The notes: a model not told the origin generated them from the sequence alone. Shown: positions 1 to 8,985, numbered from the stretch's first letter. The stretch is 51,888 nucleotides of DNA from Candidatus Ornithospirochaeta stercoravium (GCA_017694915.1 JADIMF010000098.1:1-51888); one strand, 5' to 3'. Numbers and translations: made by a program.

Positions 1-907
1 CTGGATTCCTGTTCATGGAATGCTCTTCTTCCATTTTCATCTTCCTGAATTCTCTTGGCCCCATTCCCGTATATGAAGAGAATGAAGAGGAAAAGAGAGA
101 AAGGCTGGAAAAGCCCACGGCTTCTGCTACTTCATGTATCGGAACCGAACTGCCAGAGAGAAGTATCTTAGCATTCTCCATCTTCATTTCTCTTATCTTC
201 TGCCCCGGTGATTTATGATAGATATCGTTGCAGATTCTTGTAAGCTGGGACCGGCTGCAGTTCATCATCTTTGCTAGATCTTCGACCTTCCATGGCTCTG
301 ACATATCCTTTGCGACCTCGCTCCAGAGTGCTGCAAGCTGGCTGTGATGGAGCCTGCTTTCCGTGTTCCCCGCTGGTCTGATGGCCCTCTGGATTATAAG
401 GAGAAGGAGCTCTGCAGACAGCTCTATTGATTTCAGGCTGGTACTTCCCTCATACAGATCCTCATCTATGATGTTCCGCACAAGTTCCCTTATGAAAGAT
501 GTTTCTCTTTTTGAATCAATCTGGAAAACATCATAGTCGTCTATCGAGTCAGGGATGATTCCTGAATTATCGGAGAAGAGCAGCCAGAGCTGTTCCCAGG
601 GTTCAGGGCCTTCTGTTTCCTCTATGTGTCCCTGTCCGGAAGCGGATGAGACGAATACATCTCCAGGATGCACAAGAAAGGAAGTCCCATCCTCCATCGT
701 GAATCTTCCTCTTCCTGATAGCGTGATGACAACAGCGCTGAAGCCACGTGATGAAATCCTTTCGACATAGAAATCTATATCGTGCAGTCCGTATCCTCCA
801 TGGCGAACCATTGCCAGCCTGAAGGGATATACCTCAAGTATGCTGGGGGATAGATGCCACTGCTCAAAGCGTTTAGGTGAATGTATGACTTCCTTCAGGT
901 ATTTCAT
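1..907 (-). CDS. AraC-family transcriptional regulator (cupin-like N-terminal sensor + C-terminal double HTH); C-terminal end runs off the window
   Basis: Hand translation of the minus strand from ATG (complement of 905-907) stays open to position 1. It is missing from the ORF track because no stop lies in the window. It begins MKYLKEVIHSPKRFEQWHLSPSILEVYPFRLAMVRHGG. The C-terminal part WKVEDLAKMMNCSRSQLTRICNDIYHKSPGQKIREMKMENAKILLSGSSVPIHEVAEAVGFSSLSLFSSSFSSYTGMGPREFRK is a typical AraC/XylS HTH pair. It is divergent from the ABC operon starting at 1031. Confidence 0.85.
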   Translation of the reverse strand, partial: MKYLKEVIHSPKRFEQWHLSPSILEVYPFRLAMVRHGGYGLHDIDFYVERISSRGFSAVVITLSGRGRFTMEDGTSFLVHPGDVFVSSASGQGHIEETEGPEPWEQLWLLFSDNSGIIPDSIDDYDVFQIDSKRETSFIRELVRNIIDEDLYEGSTSLKSIELSAELLLLIIQRAIRPAGNTESRLHHSQLAALWSEVAKDMSEPWKVEDLAKMMNCSRSQLTRICNDIYHKSPGQKIREMKMENAKILLSGSSVPIHEVAEAVGFSSLSLFSSSFSSYTGMGPREFRKMKMEEEHSMNRNP

Positions 908-914
908 GTCAGAG

Positions 915-944
915 ATTATACACCGCATAATGCTGATGCTACAA
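915..944 (-). promoter_or_regulatory. Candidate leaderless-type promoter of the AraC gene (TTGTAG-18-TATAAT, -10 ends 7 nt before the ATG)
   Basis: The minus strand reads ...TTGTAGcatcagcattatgcggtgTATAATctctgacATG. The -10 is a perfect TATAAT (complement of 915-920). There is no Shine-Dalgarno sequence between it and the ATG. Confidence 0.35.
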
Positions 945-1030
945 ATCATAAACTTCTGACTACAAAATCCGGTAGAGCATACAAGATTATTACTGATAGG
1001 ATGAGCTCATAATTACCGGAGGTGTATCAA

Positions 1031-1603
1031 ATGGCAGAGTTTCCATATGATCCATGGCAGAAGTGCAAGACGATAAGCGGTCTTGCAGCAGATCTTGTTA
1101 TTTCCGCATTGCAGAAGGAAATCAGAAGAGGGCATGAGGAGAATGCCGCAACACTCGCTTATGAGATGATGATCACAAGCGAGGATATGGAGGATTATCT
1201 CTGGTTCCGTCTCAGAACCATAAGCGTAGAGGATGTGGGTTTTGCCAATCCTATGGCACCTGTTCTCATCGGAGAACTTGATCAGATGAGAAGGGTTACA
1301 AAGCAGCCTGGTGACAGAGGCCTTCTTGCGATTCATGCAGTACGTTACCTCTGCAAGAGCCAGAAGGACAGATCCAGCGATGAGATGTACAACTGGATCA
1401 TGAAGGAATACAAGGCGGGTAATCTCAGGCCTCAGATTCCTGATTATGCTATCGACAAGCATACTCTTCAGGGACAGCAGGAAGGCAGAAACGAGGATGA
1501 TTTCTACGCAGAAGGTTCCAAGGTCTATCCTGAATGGGAAGGCAGAGATAAGACTTACCGCGAAAGGATTCTGAAGATTCTTGCTGAAGAAAAGACAAAA
1601 TAA
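1031..1603 (+). CDS. Stand-alone MgsA_C-like protein (homologous by eye to the C-terminal domain of RarA/MgsA/WRNIP1, no AAA+ module)
   Basis: ORF 1022..1603; ATG 1031 lies 8 nt after GGAGG (1018-1022). By-eye matches to MgsA_C are: N-terminal YD, LVISALQKEIRRG ~ LISAFxKSxRGSD, AATLAYEMM ~ AALYWLARML, RLRTISVEDVGFANPMA ~ RRLVxxASEDIGLADPxA, AIHAVRYLCKSQKDRS ~ LAQAVxYLAxAPKSNA. No Walker A/B motifs. The stop is 13 nt before the SBP gene start. Confidence 0.6.
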   Translation: MAEFPYDPWQKCKTISGLAADLVISALQKEIRRGHEENAATLAYEMMITSEDMEDYLWFRLRTISVEDVGFANPMAPVLIGELDQMRRVTKQPGDRGLLAIHAVRYLCKSQKDRSSDEMYNWIMKEYKAGNLRPQIPDYAIDKHTLQGQQEGRNEDDFYAEGSKVYPEWEGRDKTYRERILKILAEEKTK

Positions 1604-1616
1604 AAGGAGGTCCGAA

Positions 1617-2930
1617 ATGAAGAGAATGATGCTTGTTGCTGCTCTGATGCTTCTTGCAGTGACATCAGTTTTCGCAATGGGTGGCGGAGAGACTTCAGCC
1701 GAGAGTGAGTATGACAGGATTGTCACGACTACTGTTACTGCTACATATCTCAATGAGACATGGTTCAATACGATGAATGCCGATTTCGAGGCAGAGACCG
1801 GTATCCATGTTGTTGTTCAGCCTGTTCCTGGCGACGAGGATGAGTATAAGGCAAAGATCAATATCGATCTCATGGGCGGAAGCACCGTCGATGTCGTCGA
1901 GACGCTTGGCCCGAAGGATTACTCAAGACAGGTGTCAGCTGGATTCTTCATGCCGCTTAACGAAGCTGTCGAGGAAGCTGGAATCGATCCATATTCGATT
2001 TATGGCGCAAACCTTCCTGTAGAGGATGATGGAAATTATTATGCGCTTCCATTCAAGCAGGAGATGTACTGCGTATTCTACAACAAGGCTATCTTCGATG
2101 AGGCTGGTGTTCCTTATCCTGAGGGACCTTGGACATGGGATGAATATGTTGAGACAGCTCAGAAACTGACTGATAAGAAAAAAGGTGTATATGGCTCATT
2201 CATGAATGCCGATCTTCCATGGATGTATATGCCTGCACAGCAGCTTGCTGTTCCATTCTACAAGGAAGATGGAAGCTGCAATTTCGATGATCCTGTTTTC
2301 AAGGAGTATGCTGAGTGGTTCAAGTACATTTCAAATGATCTTGGTGTACAGCCATCTGTTGCAGAACTTGAGGCGGAGAATGCGAACTGGAATTATTATG
2401 CTCTCGAAGGCTATCGTCTTGCCATGTTCCCGCAGGGCAACTGGTTCACACGTCTTCTTAATAGCCAGGAAGATTATCCTAAGGACTGGAATTACGGTGT
2501 AGCACCGCTTCCGTCAGCTGGAGAAGGTGGAAACAACAACCTCGTTTCCCTTGGCTATGTCGCAATCAACAAGAATGCCGCACATCCTGAAGAGGCTCTG
2601 ACATATGCTCTCTGGATTGCTGAGAACCAGTGGAAGTATGAGGGCGGAATCCCTGCATTCGCAACGATGAGCGAAGAGGATCAGCAGCTTGCATTCGGTT
2701 CGATTGCAGAGGCATCACACGGACAGGTTACTGTTGATGATCTTTATCAGAACCTCATCAATACAGGACTTGGCAGTGTCTCATCGGATATCGTCGGAAC
2801 AGCTGCTGCAGAGTACTACAACATCGTTAAGGAAGAGCTTTCCTCCTACAACATGGATCTGCAGGATATCGATACGGCGATTGCCAATATAGTTACAAGA
2901 GTCAACGAAGCAATAGCTAACGCTGAATAA
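1617..2930 (+). CDS. ABC transporter extracellular solute-binding protein (sugar/oligosaccharide, family 1)
   Basis: ORF 1581..2930, with the start moved to ATG 1617, which follows AAAGGAGG. Signal peptide MKRMMLVAALMLLAVTSVFA/MGGGE. About 430 aa mature, W/Y-rich, typical sugar SBP. Followed by two permease genes. Confidence 0.9.
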   Translation: MKRMMLVAALMLLAVTSVFAMGGGETSAESEYDRIVTTTVTATYLNETWFNTMNADFEAETGIHVVVQPVPGDEDEYKAKINIDLMGGSTVDVVETLGPKDYSRQVSAGFFMPLNEAVEEAGIDPYSIYGANLPVEDDGNYYALPFKQEMYCVFYNKAIFDEAGVPYPEGPWTWDEYVETAQKLTDKKKGVYGSFMNADLPWMYMPAQQLAVPFYKEDGSCNFDDPVFKEYAEWFKYISNDLGVQPSVAELEAENANWNYYALEGYRLAMFPQGNWFTRLLNSQEDYPKDWNYGVAPLPSAGEGGNNNLVSLGYVAINKNAAHPEEALTYALWIAENQWKYEGGIPAFATMSEEDQQLAFGSIAEASHGQVTVDDLYQNLINTGLGSVSSDIVGTAAAEYYNIVKEELSSYNMDLQDIDTAIANIVTRVNEAIANAE

Positions 2931-2937
2931 CCGTATA

Positions 2938-2959
2938 GGGGGGCCAGAAATGGCCCCTT
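2938..2959 (+). terminator. Intercistronic GC hairpin after the SBP gene (partial terminator / mRNA stabiliser candidate)
   Basis: GGGGCC (2940-2945) agaaat GGCCCC (2952-2957), extendable by G-U pairs. It lies between the SBP stop (2930) and the permease start (2981). There is no strong U-run. Confidence 0.35.
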
Positions 2960-2980
2960 GTCTGATAACTGGAGGAAGAA

Positions 2981-3874
2981 TTGAAAAGGAGATCGATTAA
3001 AGATGGGGAAGCTGTTGCCGGTTATCTTCTGATAACACCTTTCCTTGTCATGTTCGCAGTCTTCAAGCTCTATCCGATGCTTTATGGAATCGCCGTGGGA
3101 TTCTGGGACAGAAACTCGGAAATGAAGCTGCTGGATACGACATTCGTTGGCTTTGAGAATTATGTTACGGTTCTTAAGAGTGCCTCTTTCTGGGAGGCTT
3201 TTGGCCATTCAATAGTCTTTTCCGTTATATATATCGCATTCCTGATGGTGTTCGGCTTTCTTGTGGCCGTTCTTCTTAACAGGAAATTCTGGGGGCGTAC
3301 AGCTGTCCGCACATGCTTCTACATTCCATATGTAACGAACATGATTGCAGTCGGAATCGTATTCAAGTATCTGCTTAATCCAGTGAGAGGACCTGTCAAT
3401 GCAATATTCCGCGCGTTCGGAGCATCTGGCCCTGGATGGCTTTCAAGCCCTGTGATGGCACTGCCGACAGCTGCAGTCATAGCAGGATGGGCTGCTCTCG
3501 CTTTCCATATCATCACATGTCTCGCGGCTCTTCAGGATATCCCGACAGATATGTATGAGGTCGCGGATATCGAAGGCGCAGGATTCTTCCAGAGACTGAA
3601 GTACATCGTGTTTCCATATCTTACTCCGACTCTTTTCATGCTGCTGACGATAACGCTGATCAATTCTTTCAGGAATTACACTGTAATCGCAGGTCTTACA
3701 GGTGGTGGGCCTGGGACATCCAGCAAAGTAGTCTCAGCATTGATATACGATGATGCATTCAATTTCCTTGCATTCAGCCGTGCCAGTGCGGAGGGTGTCA
3801 TCTTTACGATTTTCATCATCATCGTGAATAGGCTGTTCACGAAAGCGAGGTCCATATGGGAAGCAAGAAACTGA
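2981..3874 (+). CDS. ABC sugar transporter permease (MalF/UgpA-like)
   Basis: 297-aa multi-TM ORF with a TTG start 5 nt after GGAGG. EAA-loop motif YEVADIEGAGFFQRLKYIVFP. Confidence 0.9.
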   Translation: MKRRSIKDGEAVAGYLLITPFLVMFAVFKLYPMLYGIAVGFWDRNSEMKLLDTTFVGFENYVTVLKSASFWEAFGHSIVFSVIYIAFLMVFGFLVAVLLNRKFWGRTAVRTCFYIPYVTNMIAVGIVFKYLLNPVRGPVNAIFRAFGASGPGWLSSPVMALPTAAVIAGWAALAFHIITCLAALQDIPTDMYEVADIEGAGFFQRLKYIVFPYLTPTLFMLLTITLINSFRNYTVIAGLTGGGPGTSSKVVSALIYDDAFNFLAFSRASAEGVIFTIFIIIVNRLFTKARSIWEARN

Positions 3875-4683
3875 AGTCGAAGGACATTGTATTTACAGCT
3901 GTCATGTGGATTCTGGCGCTTATGATGCTCTATCCGTTCATCATGATGATAGCTATTTCATTCCGTCCGTCCGGACAGGCTTATCAGCCGCTGTTTGCAC
4001 CAGGCATCATGCATACGCTCAGAAGCTATGAGCAGGTTCTTTCCCATCCTAATTTCAGTGACTGGTATCGCAATACGATCGTAACAGTTGTAGTCACGAT
4101 AGCCATAAGGCTTGTGATAACAATCCTTGCAGCATATTCATTCAGCCGTCTCCATTTCAAAGGCAAGGCTCTGATACTTGCATTCCTCGTTGCCACGATG
4201 ATGGTCCCCGGAGAGACTACAATGGTTCCGCGTTACCTTTATTTCAAGGAAATCGGGATACTCAACACTCTCTGGTCCATTGTCCTTCCTGAGGCAAGCG
4301 AGGTCTTCTATCTTATTCTTCTGATAGAATTCTTCAGCTCCATTCCCGGAGATTTCACAGAAGCGGCGACGATAGATGGAGCAGGGCATCTGCTTATACT
4401 CTCGCGTATATTCATTCCGCTTTCAGGACCTGCAATCGCGACAACTGTGCTTTTCTCGTTTATAAACATATGGAACAACTATCTCGATCCATATCTTTTC
4501 ATAAACAACATAGAGACACAGCTCATTACACCTGCGTTGCAGTTCTTCCAGGAGCAGGGTGGTGCGAATATGCCGGTACAGATGGCTGGTTCCGCACTTG
4601 CACTCATCCCCGTCATCATACTCTTCGTGTTTACGCAGAAGTATTTTGTACAAGGTGTAGCTTCATCTGGAATCAAAGGCTGA
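3856..4683 (+). CDS. ABC sugar transporter permease (MalG/UgpE-like)
   Basis: 275-aa multi-TM ORF overlapping the upstream permease by 19 nt. EAA loop EAATIDGAGHLLILSRIFIPL. Confidence 0.9.
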   Translation: MGSKKLKSKDIVFTAVMWILALMMLYPFIMMIAISFRPSGQAYQPLFAPGIMHTLRSYEQVLSHPNFSDWYRNTIVTVVVTIAIRLVITILAAYSFSRLHFKGKALILAFLVATMMVPGETTMVPRYLYFKEIGILNTLWSIVLPEASEVFYLILLIEFFSSIPGDFTEAATIDGAGHLLILSRIFIPLSGPAIATTVLFSFINIWNNYLDPYLFINNIETQLITPALQFFQEQGGANMPVQMAGSALALIPVIILFVFTQKYFVQGVASSGIKG

Positions 4684-4688
4684 TGATC

Positions 4689-4719
4689 GGGCTCGCTGAA
4701 AAGCGGGCCTTATCTTTTT
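4689..4719 (+). terminator. Rho-independent terminator closing the ABC operon
   Basis: GGGCTCGCT-gaaa-AGCGGGCCT hairpin (about 9 bp with two G-U pairs, GNRA-type loop), followed by TATCTTTTT. Confidence 0.7.
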
Positions 4720-4731
4720 CCTTCATTTCAT

Positions 4732-5661
4732 ATGGTGTACACTGCTCGCGGAATGATGAAACAGAATAAGGTTTTAACTGGTTCATTATGTGCCTTGGGC
4801 TGTGAGACGCTGTATGGACTGAGCTATATTTTCACAAGGAAGGCAACTGCGAATGCTGGAGAACTCGCGCTTCTTGGCTGGCGTTTCCTTATAGCCGTCA
4901 TCATAGTGACGATTCTTGCTGCAGCTGGTGCCGTGAAGATCAATCTGAAGAACAAACCGCTGAAGTATCTTGTGGCGGTAGCTGTTTTCAATCCTTGTAT
5001 CTATTTTATAGCGGAGACTTTCGGAATCAGTAACACAACAGCATCTGAGAGCGGGGTGTTCCTTGCTTGTATTCCTGTTGTATCACTTGCTGCATCTACG
5101 CTGGTCCTGAAAAAGAAGCCGTCAAAGATCCAGATTGCGGGAATCCTTATTACGCTTATAGGCGTTATTATCACCGTTCTGGTTGTAAGTGCTTCATCAA
5201 GCTTGTCCATCATAGGATACGTCTCTCTTTTGATTGCTGTTGTTTCGTATGCTGCGTACGGTGTCTCTGTAGAGAAAGCATCCTGCTTTACGGAAGCAGA
5301 GATTACATATTCCATGCTTGTTTTCGGTGCGGTGCTTTTTGTATTTCTTGCACTTGCCGATGCCCTGATGAATGGGAACATCGCAGAACTTGCCATGCTG
5401 CCTTTCACTGACATGAGCTTCCTTTCTGCAGTGCTGTATCAAGGGCTTGGATGCTCGATTCTTGCTTTCTTCCTTTCCAATGCCGCTATATCGCGGATAG
5501 GCGTGAACCGTACTTCATCATTCATCGGTGTTTCGACAGTTGTTTCAATTCTGGCCGGAGCGATATTTTTACATGAGGATTTCTCCGGTTATCAGATAGT
5601 GGGAGCTGCAATCATCATAGCTGGTGTTTATATTGCGAATTCAGGCAGGAAAGATTCCTGA
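4732..5661 (+). CDS. DMT-superfamily transporter (EamA/RhaT-like, 10 TM)
   Basis: 309-aa very hydrophobic ORF with two EamA-like halves. The start is uncertain (ATG 4732, 4753 or 4756), and there is no clear SD. Confidence 0.8.
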   Translation: MVYTARGMMKQNKVLTGSLCALGCETLYGLSYIFTRKATANAGELALLGWRFLIAVIIVTILAAAGAVKINLKNKPLKYLVAVAVFNPCIYFIAETFGISNTTASESGVFLACIPVVSLAASTLVLKKKPSKIQIAGILITLIGVIITVLVVSASSSLSIIGYVSLLIAVVSYAAYGVSVEKASCFTEAEITYSMLVFGAVLFVFLALADALMNGNIAELAMLPFTDMSFLSAVLYQGLGCSILAFFLSNAAISRIGVNRTSSFIGVSTVVSILAGAIFLHEDFSGYQIVGAAIIIAGVYIANSGRKDS

Positions 5662-5772
5662 TACTCATTCTTCGGTGTTTTCCGTAATTCCCCTAAGATG
5701 CAGATAAACTGTATTTCTGGAAATATCCAGGGCTTTCGCAACTTTATGTTATTGCCTTGGTACAGTACTAAT

Positions 5773-5841
5773 ATGGAAAAAATTCCATACCAGATATGGT
5801 GAAAGTTCCGTACTAGATACGGTGAAAATTCCATACTAGAT
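5773..5841. repeat. 3 x 23-bp tandem direct repeat in a convergent intergenic region
   Basis: The three units are ATGGAAAAAATTCCATACCAGAT (5773-5795), ATGGTGAAAGTTCCGTACTAGAT (5796-5818) and ACGGTGAAAATTCCATACTAGAT (5819-5841). Unit 1 is embedded in an inverted repeat TATGGAA-AAAA-TTCCATA. Confidence 0.8.
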
Positions 5842-5850
5842 CTTTCATTG

Positions 5851-5892
5851 TAAATAAAACGAGGAAAGCCTGATGACCTTCCTCGTTCTCTT
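5851..5892. terminator. Bidirectional rho-independent terminator between the DMT (+) and GH88 (-) genes
   Basis: ACGAGGAA (5859-5866) / TTCCTCGT (5879-5886), an 8-bp stem with a 12-nt loop. The minus strand continues TTTTATTTA and the plus strand continues TCTCTTTTCA. It lies immediately downstream of the GH88 stop (5894). Confidence 0.7.
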
Positions 5893-5893
5893 T

Positions 5894-7057
5894 TCACCAC
5901 CAGCTCTTCCAGGAGCCGCCGAGTCTTACGAGCGCTTCAAGCCAGTAGTAATCACCCCAGCTCACGCATTCATCGACACCTGCAGGTGTGCATGTGTTAT
6001 ATGGACTCTTCTTGGAATATGTTCCGTGCTTTACAAGGCCGTTTATTCCTTCTTCGTCCTTTTTCACCATGCAGGTATCATAGATAGCTTTCAGAAGCTC
6101 TTTCGCCATCTTCCTGTATTTTCTTGCTTTCTCATACTCGCCATTCTTCTCATACGAGTCTGCCGCTTCGAGGAAGCCGCATGCGACGATGGAACCTGAT
6201 GATGAGTCCCTTGGCTCGTCACCTGATGTGAATATGAGGTCCCAGTATGGGATCATGTCCTCAGGAAGCTTCTCCATGAAATAATCTGAGACGTGCTCGA
6301 ACAGGTCGAGATAGCTCTTCTCTCCTGTGTGTCTGTAGGCAAGCGCCAGGCCATATACAGCCCAGGCCTGTCCACGTGCCCATGATGAGTCAGCTTTGTA
6401 ACCCTGGCATGTTTCTCCACGTACAGGCTCTCCTGTTTCCTTGTTCATGAAGAATGTGTGGAAACTGGAGTAATCAGGTCTGAAGGAGTTCGCGATACAT
6501 GTTTTCGTGTGCTTCAGCGCGATTTCCCTGTATATTGATTTCCCTGTTTCCTTCTCTGCCCAGTAGAGGAGCGGAAGATTCAGCATGCAGTCGATGATGT
6601 ATCTGTAGTTGTCATCAGCACCCATCGCTCCCCATGCCTGTATGAACTGCCCTTTCTCCTGGAAGCGTGAGATGAGATTATCTGCAGCCATGAGAGCAGC
6701 TTCGCGAGCGTGTGCATTATGTGTGAGCATATATGCGGCTACGCAGGATGGAGTATACAGGAATCCCATGTCGTGGTGATCAACCGCGATATGTTTCTTT
6801 ATCCTCTCAAGGAAGCTTTCGACGAATATACCTGCAGCATGGGCAAAAACCTCATCATCACTTGCAAGATATGCAAGCCACAGCTCTCCTGGCCAGAAAC
6901 CCGTAGTCCATTCAATGTTATCTATCGGCTTGTATATGCCATCGACGGTATTCGTATCCTGGCACTTATATGTGTATTCAGGAAGATTGCGTCTTATGAT
7001 TGCAACTGCGTTATCTATTGCATCAAGTCTTTCTTTTTCTGTCAGTTCCCTGATCAT
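5894..7057 (-). CDS. Glycoside hydrolase family 88 (unsaturated glucuronyl hydrolase-like)
   Basis: 387 aa with no signal peptide. GH88-type motifs are WTTGFWPGELWLAY, DHHDMGFLY and SWARGQAWAVYGLALAY. It sits next to a heparinase II/III-like lyase. Confidence 0.88.
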   Translation of the reverse strand: MIRELTEKERLDAIDNAVAIIRRNLPEYTYKCQDTNTVDGIYKPIDNIEWTTGFWPGELWLAYLASDDEVFAHAAGIFVESFLERIKKHIAVDHHDMGFLYTPSCVAAYMLTHNAHAREAALMAADNLISRFQEKGQFIQAWGAMGADDNYRYIIDCMLNLPLLYWAEKETGKSIYREIALKHTKTCIANSFRPDYSSFHTFFMNKETGEPVRGETCQGYKADSSWARGQAWAVYGLALAYRHTGEKSYLDLFEHVSDYFMEKLPEDMIPYWDLIFTSGDEPRDSSSGSIVACGFLEAADSYEKNGEYEKARKYRKMAKELLKAIYDTCMVKKDEEGINGLVKHGTYSKKSPYNTCTPAGVDECVSWGDYYWLEALVRLGGSWKSWW

Positions 7058-7067
7058 TCTCTACCTC

Positions 7068-8984
7068 CTAGTATCTGATGACCTTTGCCTCTTCATCGTT
7101 TTTTCTGATGAACACTCTGCCATAGGCTTCAGCTTCTCCTGCTTTTATGAGGAATCCTCCAGCGGGGTATTCATTCGATATCATCGCTACTGAGTATCTG
7201 TCGCTACCCGATTCTATCTCGAGCCCGAATGAGATCTCCTCCGGTATTTCCTTTCCGGAAAGCGGCTTCACAAGAGGAATCTTCCTGTATGTGAAATCCT
7301 CATTTCCTATTGCTATAAGGGTAACGATGAGCTTTCTTCCTTCTGCCATATCCTTAACCGTTAAGAGAGGTGAGGAGAGCATCTCATTGTATCTCTTCGA
7401 CATAGGATACTCAGAAACGGAAGCTTTGCCTGAAAATGGAATAAGCTTCACAGAACTCTTATCCTTTATTGCCCTGAAGCCATCATTCTCCTCTTCCAGA
7501 GCCGTTCCCTCATCAAAATGATAGAGGATGGAAGCCTCCGCTTTGCCTTCTGATGCTATATCGTCGGCGATGATTACGAATCGGTCCTCGATTGTCAGTA
7601 TCGACCTTGTTACATAAACACCTTCCTTCATGTAACCAAGATGTGATGCCCTGAGGTATTTGTAATCTCCATCGACAACGGCATCCGAGAAAACAGGTTC
7701 AGCAAAGGATGAAACGCCCCAGCTGTCTTCCATAACCGACTGGTCATGCCCGTTGATTATCACGGTGTTATGACCGGACGCGCCTTTGAGGGCCCTGCGT
7801 TCCTTTGTGTCTACATATGTGAAACGTCCCGTGTCTGTAATAATCGTACTGCCATCTGCATAGAGATCGAAATGAAGCTGATCGAAATGTCCATGGCCGC
7901 TACCTATGAGACCGGAATGAAATCTCAGCGCCCTCTTTTCCGAAAGCGTGAGGATTGCGTTGCCGCTGTCCTTGAAATAGTACGAAGCATTTCCCGGATT
8001 CTCTTCTGGAGGAAGCTCTGCATCGAGCTCGTTCGACATATAGAACTCCTCATCGAGACCGCCTTTGGCATAGTGAGAGAGAATCCCGTCTGAGAAGAGA
8101 ATTGCGGCGGAGGCAATCATGTCGCGCATGTCGATTTCGTCGCTGTCTCCGAAAAGATAGCTTCTGCCATCAGGCCTGAGCGTTTTCGCAAGGCCCGTCG
8201 CAAGGAGATGTGTATTCTTTCTCAATGCATCCGGAACCGCAATGCCGTTTCTATCAGCGACGATGATCGTATCCATTGCTGCATGCAGCACTTCAGCCTG
8301 ATACATCGTGCTCTGTTCCCAGTGCATACCGTCAGGGAACGTCTGCAGCCTCATCTCCTCATCAAGGCGGGAAAGCGCGGTTTCCATGCTCTTCTTATCA
8401 TCAAGATAGAGAGAGGCCAGAAACAGACCATGATCCTGAAGAACTCCCCAGTTCGATATCTGATGGAATGCTGTGTGTGATGCGAGAAGATGCCTTATGT
8501 GGATTCTGAAGAACTTTCGGATATCATCCATCGTGCTTTCATCGAGAGGCGTTCCGATACCTTCGAATATTTCGATGCATCTTACGTAGTTCTCGATCCT
8601 TATGCCGCTCTCAAGCGATCTCCAGGAAAGGGAAGATGTCTTCTTCGAGAGTTCTGAGCGATGGAAGAAATCCTCAAAGAGCCTTATCCAGTTATCTCTG
8701 TATCTCGTATCTCCTGTGATGGCCGCCGCGATTGCATTCTTCAGCAGGAATGTATGTCGGTTGAAAGCGAAGCACCACTCGTTGTCACCGAAAGGAATAT
8801 AATCCCAATCGATATCTTTATCGAAGTGCACTTTCTTCGTGCACCTCTCCATCTCATATTTATCTGTGAATGAGAATATGTTCTCGATACTCTCATCTGC
8901 TTTCTCAATAATAGAGCCACGCCAGGAGGCGTTTCCCTGGCAGTGGCTGATGTTTTTTTTAGGATCTTTCAGATAAAAATACAT
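7068..8984 (-). CDS. Heparinase II/III-like polysaccharide lyase family protein (cytoplasmic)
   Basis: The ORF track gives 7068..9020 with a TTG start that overlaps the permease by 35 nt. I prefer ATG 8984, 4 nt after AAGGGA and 2 nt after the permease stop. Motif GHGHFDQLHFDLYADGSTIITDTGRFTY is typical of the Hepar_II_III C-terminal domain. No signal peptide. Confidence 0.85.
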   Translation of the reverse strand: MYFYLKDPKKNISHCQGNASWRGSIIEKADESIENIFSFTDKYEMERCTKKVHFDKDIDWDYIPFGDNEWCFAFNRHTFLLKNAIAAAITGDTRYRDNWIRLFEDFFHRSELSKKTSSLSWRSLESGIRIENYVRCIEIFEGIGTPLDESTMDDIRKFFRIHIRHLLASHTAFHQISNWGVLQDHGLFLASLYLDDKKSMETALSRLDEEMRLQTFPDGMHWEQSTMYQAEVLHAAMDTIIVADRNGIAVPDALRKNTHLLATGLAKTLRPDGRSYLFGDSDEIDMRDMIASAAILFSDGILSHYAKGGLDEEFYMSNELDAELPPEENPGNASYYFKDSGNAILTLSEKRALRFHSGLIGSGHGHFDQLHFDLYADGSTIITDTGRFTYVDTKERRALKGASGHNTVIINGHDQSVMEDSWGVSSFAEPVFSDAVVDGDYKYLRASHLGYMKEGVYVTRSILTIEDRFVIIADDIASEGKAEASILYHFDEGTALEEENDGFRAIKDKSSVKLIPFSGKASVSEYPMSKRYNEMLSSPLLTVKDMAEGRKLIVTLIAIGNEDFTYRKIPLVKPLSGKEIPEEISFGLEIESGSDRYSVAMISNEYPAGGFLIKAGEAEAYGRVFIRKNDEEAKVIRY

Positions 8985-8985
8985 A

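Noticed and set aside
1013-1768. 251-aa minus-strand ORF spanning the MgsA_C-like gene and the start of the SBP gene.
   Set aside because: It overlaps two plus-strand genes that have strong SDs and recognisable homology. It would also run into the AraC promoter region, and it has no motifs.
5628-5900. 90-aa minus-strand ORF covering the 23-bp tandem repeats.
   Set aside because: It has no SD. It begins inside the terminator hairpin of GH88 and ends inside the DMT gene. The repeat period is not a multiple of 3, and the peptide has no features. The repeats are reported as DNA/RNA elements instead.
8953-8960. A8/T8 homopolymer near the 5' end of the heparinase-like gene, as a possible phase-variation tract.
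   Set aside because: It is only 8 nt long and encodes Lys-Lys-Asn in frame. There is no evidence of alternative frames or of similar tracts in other genes here.
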